Source: Myxococcota bacterium (GTDB lineage: Bacteria; Myxococcota_A; UBA9042; PHBI01; JAWLBL01). From it: 64,000 nucleotides of DNA. The stretch's first letter is position 1; every line of letters begins with the position of its first letter. Position numbers and translations under genes: made by a program. The notes under the pieces were generated by a model. It was not told the DNA's origin, did not search any database, and worked only from the letters and a program-made list of their open reading frames with translations. Positions 56,503 to 64,000 of the stretch are shown one piece after another. Where the stretch lies: assembly GCA_041687695.1 (NCBI GenBank), contig JAWLBL010000015.1:35627-99626 (forward strand). Reading direction: 5' to 3'.

Positions 56503-59496
56503 CTACTGCCACGGCGAGACGAAGCCCATCGTCATCTGCTTCGAAGCGAGTTCGATACGGCGGCGACAGCGGGGCAGGTCGTTGAGGCCCAGCTTCTTGA
56601 GCGCGGCGATGACCGGTCCCACCTGGTCGGCGGCTCCCGATAGTTTCGTCAGGATTCGGCTGGCCAGCAGGCGGTCGAGGACCTCGCTGGCCGAGATCAG
56701 CTCGGCCGCGTCGGACCCGAGGCTCTCGTACAGGCTGATGAAGCCCGCGACGTCCTCCAGCACTCGGCGCGAGGGCAACAAGTCTTCGCGAAGGTGGTCC
56801 TTGCGCACGGTCTCGGTCATGGTCCGAGTGACGGAGGCGACTTGCTCCCAGGCCTCGGAGCTCGGCTTGCTGTCCGGGAGCGACGGTAGGCCGCTCAGGG
56901 TGACGGGCTCCTTGGGATCGACACCGAGCGGTCGCACCCTCACCGAACTCAAGTCCAGCTCGGGTGCATCGAGCTCGATGAGAAAGCAGCGGTCGAGCAC
57001 CTTGGGCGACGGCGGGCGAGAGGTGTCATCGATGTTGAGGGTTCCGCAGGCATACAGTTCGGTTGGCCACTCCGCGGGACGTGAGGAGACGGGCAGGTCC
57101 TTAAAGAACTTGGCCAGATAGTACTCGGGCCGCGTCAGGTTCACCTCGTCGAACAGCACGAGGTGCCGGTCTCCCCGCAACTCCTTGAGCTTCGGGACCA
57201 GGCCCTTCGATCCATAGATCGTCTTGTCGTTCGTCCAGTGAGCCTGGACCGCTATCTCGTGGAAGGTACGCTCACCTACGGTGCCAAGCAGCTGGCTGGC
57301 CGTGCGGACCAGGGTCGTCTTCCCGCATCCAGGGGGGCCGGCCAACAGCACGAAGGGCCTGACCGCCAAGCCCAGCAGCAGCATCGTCAGGTTGCCGCGT
57401 TCGACAGGCTCTCCAACGCTGCTTGCGTGGTCCATGGCCTCGAAGAGTTGCCCGATGAACGGCTTGTTCGGCGCTCGACCTCGGCGGGCTGGCGTGATCG
57501 GGGTGGCCGGCTGCGGGGCCTCGGGCGGCTCAGCTGCGGCTTCGACCTCCTCACTACTCGGCTGCGCGTCCAAGTCGGCTTCGGCCCACGGCCTTCCGTC
57601 GACGAGGGGCGGACCCGCGTCGGCTTCGGGGAGGATTAGCGGCGGCTCCTTGCGCTGCTCCGATCCATATCTCGGGCCCGCATCGATGCTCGTGGAGTCC
57701 GACGTCACGATGTTGCCTCCGGTGGGCTCACCTTCCAATCGCCGGAAGACACGGGGACCCTCGTGCTGAAACGCCTTGATGGGCAGCGTGCCGGCCTGTG
57801 CTGTGACCACGACGGTCTTCGACATGCCGAGATCGATGATGATGTCGCTGGCCTCATCGAACCCAACGCAACCCTCAGGGACAGTTCTCTCCGCCATCGG
57901 GTGAGCCACTGGCTGGCTCGCAACTCGAACCCCTTTCATGTCCAGGAACAGGGCATCGGTGTTCTGCACCTGCATGGACTTGACTCTGGCGATTCGCTCG
58001 TCAGGGTCCCAGAGCACCTCCATCGACCCGGGAGCGCGCCTGACCGTCAAGTCCCTCCGGGGGTACTCGGTTCGGTCTACGCGTCCGCCATCCTTGCTTG
58101 GCAGCAGGCCTGCGGTGAGCTCGTCATCCTTTCGGAAGGGAGGTGTCGGGATGAGGCGAAGTCCCCCGACATCCGCGAACTCCTCGTTGCGCTCGACGAC
58201 CGTCACGCTGTTCGCCTTCGCCCCGCGTACTCGCCACTCGAAGACGACGTCGGCCGGCATGGTGGACAGGAAGTCGCTTTCGGGAGCCTTGACGTCGACC
58301 CGCCCGGGGCCGTGAAGGCGCCGGGGCTGATGTTGCTGATGCAGTACGTGAGCAAGTCCGCCGAGGGCAGCTGCGATTGCGTACGCGCTCCCAACTCTGA
58401 AGATGTCACATGAGACTACTTCCTTGCCGTAGATCGCCGAGTGCATCGCCTCCTCGAACCCGACGAGCTGGCTGGTGCCGCCGGCGAGGATGATGCCGTC
58501 GATGATCCGATGAATCTGTTCGCCTGACGTCACGCCATGGCGCTCGAGGTGGGGGGTGATCTGCTCCTTGGCGTACTCCGACTTCGTGAGCTGCCCGTAC
58601 AGACGATTAGCCAGGTTGCGATAAAGCGGTGCCAGCTCGTGCCAGAGCCGCTTCGATGCCTTGCGCAAGTGGTCGGGCGTAAGCTCCAGCCCGGCGGGGC
58701 AAGGCGGCGACGTGAGCGCCACGGGCTCCTTCGACTCGGAAACCGCACGCTTGGCGGCCTCCATCAGATCCAGCATGCCCTGGCGACTTGCACCATCGTC
58801 AGTCGACGATGTCAGCTTGAGATCGCGAACCAACTGCTCGTCGACCCACCGGCCACCCAATTCGCTACTATCGCCGCGGACGGGGCGCAGGCGCTCGGGG
58901 CGCTGGCGAGCCGTAGTCGCGTCGACCGTAGTGGCATCCTTGCGAGTCAGGACGAAGGTCATGTTGCAGGTGGCGGCACCTACGTCGATCACCAGGTAGA
59001 TTCCCGTGCGCCGCTTCTCCAGCGCCAGTTCGCGTGTTACCAGCCGGAAGTACTCGAGGACCATTTCGGGCTCGAACAGCGTCGACGCTTCCGGGGCCGC
59101 AGCTTGGATGGCCTCGAGGTACCTCTTGCGACGCCCCTCGTCACCAATCGACGGCATCAGCACCCAAACCGGCCGCCGGTCCTCGCTCCCAGCTCGAACT
59201 CGGCCGAGGATGCTGGACAGGTATCGGCCAAAGACCTCCTGGCTTCCGTAGACCCGGAGCAGAGTCTGGCCTCGCGCTGTGCTCCCGAGGTAAAGGTACC
59301 TGTCCTGCTTTTCACCGAAGAGGATCCAGCGCTTGAGGTCGTCGACTCGGACCACGCTGCCAGCAGGACGTCCGGTCGGCTCGTCCAGATGAAAAGACCA
59401 TTGATCCGGCTTGTTCTCCAGCCCTTCGGCCGCCACCCAGCAGCGGGTGGGACGGAAGGGTTCGCCGGTGTCGTTGTCGGTGTAGAGGAACTTCAT
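56503..59496 (-). CDS. Hsp70-like ATPase fused to McrB-like AAA+ GTPase
   Basis: Hsp70/actin motifs FEPE, VIDVGAAT, LGGRWVD, EAAKRAVS, ILAGGTS; C-terminal FVLLAGPPGCGKTT, FDEVNLTRPEYY, GTLNIDDT, SPKVLDR. Confidence 0.85.
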   Translation of the reverse strand: MKFLYTDNDTGEPFRPTRCWVAAEGLENKPDQWSFHLDEPTGRPAGSVVRVDDLKRWILFGEKQDRYLYLGSTARGQTLLRVYGSQEVFGRYLSSILGRVRAGSEDRRPVWVLMPSIGDEGRRKRYLEAIQAAAPEASTLFEPEMVLEYFRLVTRELALEKRRTGIYLVIDVGAATCNMTFVLTRKDATTVDATTARQRPERLRPVRGDSSELGGRWVDEQLVRDLKLTSSTDDGASRQGMLDLMEAAKRAVSESKEPVALTSPPCPAGLELTPDHLRKASKRLWHELAPLYRNLANRLYGQLTKSEYAKEQITPHLERHGVTSGEQIHRIIDGIILAGGTSQLVGFEEAMHSAIYGKEVVSCDIFRVGSAYAIAAALGGLAHVLHQQHQPRRLHGPGRVDVKAPESDFLSTMPADVVFEWRVRGAKANSVTVVERNEEFADVGGLRLIPTPPFRKDDELTAGLLPSKDGGRVDRTEYPRRDLTVRRAPGSMEVLWDPDERIARVKSMQVQNTDALFLDMKGVRVASQPVAHPMAERTVPEGCVGFDEASDIIIDLGMSKTVVVTAQAGTLPIKAFQHEGPRVFRRLEGEPTGGNIVTSDSTSIDAGPRYGSEQRKEPPLILPEADAGPPLVDGRPWAEADLDAQPSSEEVEAAAEPPEAPQPATPITPARRGRAPNKPFIGQLFEAMDHASSVGEPVERGNLTMLLLGLAVRPFVLLAGPPGCGKTTLVRTASQLLGTVGERTFHEIAVQAHWTNDKTIYGSKGLVPKLKELRGDRHLVLFDEVNLTRPEYYLAKFFKDLPVSSRPAEWPTELYACGTLNIDDTSRPPSPKVLDRCFLIELDAPELDLSSVRVRPLGVDPKEPVTLSGLPSLPDSKPSSEAWEQVASVTRTMTETVRKDHLREDLLPSRRVLEDVAGFISLYESLGSDAAELISASEVLDRLLASRILTKLSGAADQVGPVIAALKKLGLNDLPRCRRRIELASKQMTMGFVSPWQ

Positions 59497-59620
59497 CGCA
59501 TCCCCAGGGCGAAATCTTGAGCCCGACGATTATTCGGCGAGAGCAAGCTGCGCAAGCATCTTTGACGCCGAGCTGTATCGGCGCATGGGCTGGCCAGCGG
59601 TTCAGCTCACGGGGGCTCGG

Positions 59621-60346
59621 CTACTTGAAGGGCGGTCCGTAGCTGAGGAGGTGGCGGTCCGGGCTGACTTCGAGCTTCGAGCGCCTGGCAACTGCAACGT
59701 GTTCGTCAAACAGTGCCCTCTTGAGGTGCATCAAGTCATTCCTGTAGTCCTGACGCAGAATCGCGTGCTGTCCGGAAGCGAAAGCCTCTCGTATGGCGGG
59801 GAGGTTGTCCGGCATGCTCCTGGGCTTTCGATACTTGCTCCACACCCGTTCAGCCCACTCCGCCCAGGCATCGTAGAAGTAGTTGCGATAGAGCAAGTCG
59901 AGGAACTCGACCAGAACGCCGTCGTGGCCGAGCCCCCCCAGGTACATCCGCGGCTCGCCCGCAGGAATGGTGTGGACGTGAGGCAACGGCTCTTTGTAGA
60001 GCGGACCAAGACACGTGGGGTCGAAGTCCAGCCGGAAGTACTGCGCGCTCACGCCGGCGTGCCCACGATAGAACTCTTCCAGCGGACCGTCCAACGTGAC
60101 GAGCGCCTGGGCGTTGATGTACGTGACCTGAGCCCCTTTGCGAGCCACTACGCAGAAGAACGCGAGGTTGTCTTCGACCTGGCAGGCTTCAGGTTGGCGG
60201 TTCAGGTGTTGGTCGACGATGCGCTTGAACCAGGCATGCAGGGTCTCGCTAGGGCCTATTCGGCCATCAGATACTTGCCACGTAGGAGGAAATCGCCCTC
60301 CACTCCCAAGAAGCAGCAACAGGTTCTTTGATCCATCTGTGAACAT
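59621..60346 (-). CDS. Hypothetical protein, weak DUF2290-like motif
   Basis: YFRLDFDP...EPLPHVH....EPRM...EFLDLLYRNYFYDAW; starts 1 nt after the upstream stop. Confidence 0.6.
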   Translation of the reverse strand: MFTDGSKNLLLLLGSGGRFPPTWQVSDGRIGPSETLHAWFKRIVDQHLNRQPEACQVEDNLAFFCVVARKGAQVTYINAQALVTLDGPLEEFYRGHAGVSAQYFRLDFDPTCLGPLYKEPLPHVHTIPAGEPRMYLGGLGHDGVLVEFLDLLYRNYFYDAWAEWAERVWSKYRKPRSMPDNLPAIREAFASGQHAILRQDYRNDLMHLKRALFDEHVAVARRSKLEVSPDRHLLSYGPPFK

Positions 60347-60347
60347 G

Positions 60348-61103
60348 TCAGCTCTTGCGCGGCACTGAGGGGGCGCGAAGCGCCGCTTGTATCCTCTCCA
60401 CGGGAACCTCGTTGCCCGAATCAGCGCTCATCAACCAGTTCGCGAGCAAGGTCTCGTGCAGCGCATACAGCTTCCAGGAACAGACATCAGCTCTGAGGTT
60501 GAGGGGTTTGCGTGTGTTGAGCCAGAGCTGGTGCCGTAGACCTACCGGCTCGCCGGTGATCGCGTCGTAATCGTGTGCCAACTCCTCCTCCTCCCCCAGG
60601 AGCTGGGCCGTCTCGCACATCAAGGGGACCACCTTGGGCCCTCCCGCCTTCTCGATGGCCTCGTGAATCGCACGGCAACGGCTGGTGTGGCCAGAGAAGA
60701 CCTTCCATTGCAGCTCGGGGAACAGACGGTGCATCTCTTTGACGAGTCGCTCCTGGACCAGCTGGCTGGCTGCATACCAGGGAGGCATGCGCCCGGACTG
60801 TGACAGGAACTCGAGAACTTCGAGCAGGCTGTCTTGGTGCATGCCCAGCCGGACCGCGGCCCAGCGGACGGGCAAGACCTCCTCCTTCTGGAAGAAGTTC
60901 TCCAGGCTGTGTCGGTCGTAAGTCTCTCCGGCCAAAGCTTCGGGCGGCTGGCTGAAGCCCTGTCGGAACAAGAAGGCCCTCCACTGCCCGTGGACCCAAC
61001 CGACGGCCACTTCAGGCCCGTACATGTCGGCAATCAGTTGGTAGTCGCAGTACCGAGCGCTAAGGCGCTTCAGCTTCTCCTGGACTTCCTCAGCAGTCAT
61101 CAT
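60348..61103 (-). CDS. Hypothetical protein, possible helix-turn-helix
   Basis: GAGGAG RBS; 251 aa; VRWAAVRLGMHQDSLLEV segment. Confidence 0.65.
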   Translation of the reverse strand: MMTAEEVQEKLKRLSARYCDYQLIADMYGPEVAVGWVHGQWRAFLFRQGFSQPPEALAGETYDRHSLENFFQKEEVLPVRWAAVRLGMHQDSLLEVLEFLSQSGRMPPWYAASQLVQERLVKEMHRLFPELQWKVFSGHTSRCRAIHEAIEKAGGPKVVPLMCETAQLLGEEEELAHDYDAITGEPVGLRHQLWLNTRKPLNLRADVCSWKLYALHETLLANWLMSADSGNEVPVERIQAALRAPSVPRKS

Positions 61104-61143
61104 GGGTAGGTCTCCTCGTAATCATCTGGGTACGGGCACGGGG

Positions 61144-64000
61144 TCAGTCGACGTCCTCGAGGGTGTCGGCGGGTTCGTCCTCCTCGGTGGTGTCCTCGTC
61201 GTCGAGGGCGAGGGCGAGCTCGTCGGGGGCGAGGCGGCTGAGGAGGGTCTGGCGGTGGGAGAGGGCGCCGGGGTTCGAGGCCCCGTAGGCGAGGCGGGCC
61301 GTGGCCGCGTCGGGGGCCTCGAGGTGGAAGTCGGCCTTCTGCTTCTCGATGAGGGTCAGCTCGAGGGACCAGCAGAGGTCGGGGTGGGCGGTCCAGAGGC
61401 CCGGGTCGAGCAGGCTCAGGCCGGGCTGAGGACGCTTGTCCTTGCGGCGTCGGCGCAGGGCCTCGGTCTCGATGGCCGACAGGGCTGCCTGGGGCTGCTC
61501 TGAGATGAAGGAGGCCCGCAGGACGTCGGAGTCGGCTTCGGTCAGCCGGAAGTCGGGGGCGATCTCGTGCTGCAAGCGCAGCTCCCAGGCGAAGGCGCGC
61601 GCGGGGTGATGACGCCAGAAGCAGCCGTGGGCGACCGCCAGCGAGGGGTCGGTCTTGCACTTGCCCTCCACCCGGGCCGGGAAGTAGCGGCGGGCCAGCC
61701 GCGACCAGTCGTAGTCCTTCTTGCCCTTGGCGTTGGCCAGCTCCTTCCACCACTTCCTGGGATCGGTCCATTGGGGCACGAGCAGCGGCCACAGGGCGGC
61801 GCTGTTGACCATCACCCCATCGTCCAGCACCGGCGCGTAGCGCGCGTCGGCCTGCCTGGGCTGACAGTCCGGGCCGGTTGGCGGCGGCCCCTGCTCGGCG
61901 CACTCGCGCACCGCCTTGACGAACGTCTCCAGCTCGTCCTTCCACGCCAGCAGCTTGGCCAGGCGCTTCTTGGCCTGCGCGGCGGCCTTCTTGTCCGACC
62001 CGTCGCGCGTCACCCGGCAGTCGGCCACCTCGCCTTCGAGCCGGGTCAGCACCGGCCGCAGGTGCTCGGCCTCTAGCACCCGCAGGGTGTCCGTGTTCCA
62101 GCGATGCAGGGTCACCCAGGCGACGAAGGTCTTCTTCTCGCTCGACAGCGGCCAGTGGACGGGCCGGTTGTCGTACATCCCCTTGTGCACGGCGAAGAAC
62201 TGCGTCCGCAGGTACTCGCGCAGCTCGCGCCTGGGATCGATGGCGCCCATGTGCCGAGCCCAGGCCTGCCGGATGGGCCTCGCCGCCTCGTGCCCCAGCG
62301 AGTCCCCCAGCTCGGTGTCGTCCAGCGTCCCATCCAGGAACAGCAGGCCGGCCGGCAGGGCCGCGCTCAGGTCGTCGCGGGCCGGGTCCAGCACCCCCTG
62401 CCCCTCGGCCCCGAAGCGTCCCAGCGCCACCCCCACCGCGAAGCTCAGGTGGTCGGTCGCTGGCTCCGGGTCGTACTCGGGCTGGTAGGGAGGCAGCGGC
62501 TCACCCTCGGCCCGGTCCACCGCCCGTTGCGCCCAGTCCTGCGCCGCCCGCCAGGGCGAGGGACCGGCCCGCTTGAACTCCACCGAGGGCTCGCGGTGCG
62601 CCTCGTGCTCAGTGAAGGCGGCTTCGAGCACCCCAAAAACATCAAGCGCGGAATCAAACTGAAAGATCGGGAGCCGCCTAACATCGCCAACGTTGAAGTG
62701 CAATGTGGGATTCAACGCTGAAAGGACACGATGAGCATTCCGCGAGTTCATGAGCATCAAGAGGTTGACTGCAGAGTGGTTTGCGTCCGGATAAACAGAC
62801 GTTCCCATTGTTCCGGTGACGCTCTTCCAACGGTGAAGGCGCCCGCTGAAATCAGCTCCGAGCGCATTCGCAGCCACCGCAGGCAGGAAATATTGGCTCT
62901 CGCCGGCGACACGCTTGGACACACTGCCGGTGCGTAACAAGTGCCACTGCTTGAGCACCGTTCCATTCCGGTCCCAGTTCAACACGTTGGATAAGGGTTC
63001 AAACCATCGGGCACCGTTGGAACCGTCGAGGTAGGGGACGTAACGAACCGTCTGAAGCGAAGGTCTGCTCGGTGCCTCTGTGGCGCGCTCCCTCAGCACG
63101 TCAGAATACGGGACCTCCCAGGGTCTTCTGAGAAACCGTTCCTGCGGGCTCGTTTGGGCTCCAGCGGTGATGTAGGCGACGGACTCCAATGGTGGGAAGG
63201 CGCCGAAGCGGGAGATAAATTGCTCAGTCCACCAGTAGACCAGCGGCCAGCCGGGGATGACTTGCAGCTTCCCAAGCTGGAAGTCGAAGCAGCCCACTCC
63301 GGCCAGGATGGCGGCGCGCTTGCGGAGCGTCCGTTCTGAATCGCGGGAGCGATCGTCGACGGGCGTCGGCTGCTGGGCCGCGCTGTCCAGCGACGAGGGC
63401 CCGCAACGCCGGAAGACGCTGACGACGACGGCGACCACTTCGTCGAGCATCTCCTCGAAGGCACCACGGTCGAAGTCCCCCAGCGCGCGCAGGTCGAAGG
63501 TCTGCAGCAGGTGTCTTCGCAGGTCCTCGTACTGGCTCAGGAACATCCAGTTGCGCATGGTCAGCAGGGCCGAGGTGCCCCACTTGCGGACCAGTTGCAG
63601 GCCGCGCAGCAGGAAGGCGGCGTACAGGTCCGCCTTGCCGGCCGGATAGGTGCGCTGGACATAGGCGGTGTCCTGCATCTTGGCGGTGCCCTGGTAGGGC
63701 GGATTGCCCACCACCAGGTCGTACTGGCCCTCGCGAAGCAGGCGCAGGAAGCGCACCCCGGCGGCGAGCTGCTCGCCGCGCAGGCGCAGGCCCAGGTCGT
63801 CGCCGCTGGTGTGGCGGGCCAAAAAGTCGGTCAAGCTGGCCAGCACGCTCTTCGAGGCCTCCTGAGCCGACAGGGTCAGCCGCTGCTGCTCGGCGGGGAA
63901 GCCGTCGAACAGGCTGCCCTGGTCGGGCTTGACCCGGCCCAGATCGGTCTCGTGCTCTCGGATGGCCTCCAGCACCGCCTGGTCGACCTTGAGCAGGCTG
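61144..64000 (-). CDS. pglX: BREX (type 6-like) adenine methyltransferase PglX, 5' end outside the window
   Basis: YDLVVGNPPY, KADLYAAF, TMRNWMF, MYDNRPVHWPLSS, LDDGVMVNSAALWPLL, DYDWS.LA; frame open to the window edge. Confidence 0.92.
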   Translation of the reverse strand, partial: SLLKVDQAVLEAIREHETDLGRVKPDQGSLFDGFPAEQQRLTLSAQEASKSVLASLTDFLARHTSGDDLGLRLRGEQLAAGVRFLRLLREGQYDLVVGNPPYQGTAKMQDTAYVQRTYPAGKADLYAAFLLRGLQLVRKWGTSALLTMRNWMFLSQYEDLRRHLLQTFDLRALGDFDRGAFEEMLDEVVAVVVSVFRRCGPSSLDSAAQQPTPVDDRSRDSERTLRKRAAILAGVGCFDFQLGKLQVIPGWPLVYWWTEQFISRFGAFPPLESVAYITAGAQTSPQERFLRRPWEVPYSDVLRERATEAPSRPSLQTVRYVPYLDGSNGARWFEPLSNVLNWDRNGTVLKQWHLLRTGSVSKRVAGESQYFLPAVAANALGADFSGRLHRWKSVTGTMGTSVYPDANHSAVNLLMLMNSRNAHRVLSALNPTLHFNVGDVRRLPIFQFDSALDVFGVLEAAFTEHEAHREPSVEFKRAGPSPWRAAQDWAQRAVDRAEGEPLPPYQPEYDPEPATDHLSFAVGVALGRFGAEGQGVLDPARDDLSAALPAGLLFLDGTLDDTELGDSLGHEAARPIRQAWARHMGAIDPRRELREYLRTQFFAVHKGMYDNRPVHWPLSSEKKTFVAWVTLHRWNTDTLRVLEAEHLRPVLTRLEGEVADCRVTRDGSDKKAAAQAKKRLAKLLAWKDELETFVKAVRECAEQGPPPTGPDCQPRQADARYAPVLDDGVMVNSAALWPLLVPQWTDPRKWWKELANAKGKKDYDWSRLARRYFPARVEGKCKTDPSLAVAHGCFWRHHPARAFAWELRLQHEIAPDFRLTEADSDVLRASFISEQPQAALSAIETEALRRRRKDKRPQPGLSLLDPGLWTAHPDLCWSLELTLIEKQKADFHLEAPDAATARLAYGASNPGALSHRQTLLSRLAPDELALALDDEDTTEEDEPADTLEDVD

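Overview
Very GC-rich bacterial DNA whose gene content (STAND-type Ser/Thr kinase, caspase-like protease, ECF/anti-sigma pair, Cys-rich lipoproteins, type 6 BREX) points to a myxobacterium-like deltaproteobacterium (inference). Left to right: end of a metallophosphoesterase; a four-gene MoxR/vWA/beta-propeller conflict operon; purU; a lower-GC lipoprotein islet; a GT2-methyltransferase gene with a duplicated 3' end; a 7 x 171-bp palindrome-rich tandem array; an HtrA-like protease; a candidate stand-alone structured RNA with a perfect 14-nt anti-16S Shine-Dalgarno and a 14-codon ORF; pseudo-ACP, palindromic element, hemerythrin-like protein and pseudo-histidine kinase; two pseudouridine synthases; an ABC-ATPase + TOPRIM-like pair; bioBFDA; FHA regulator and kinase-ATPase-TPR; alpha-2-macroglobulin divergent from an ECF/anti-sigma/caspase/Cys-rich operon; and the distal half of a type 6 BREX locus (pglX, pglZ, brxD, brxHI). 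The top candidate for an undescribed system is the four-gene cassette between pglX and pglZ, centred on an apparently circularly permuted Hsp70-like ATPase fused to an McrB-like GTPase, with a degenerate McrC-like partner. All family calls come from motifs read by eye; no searches were run.
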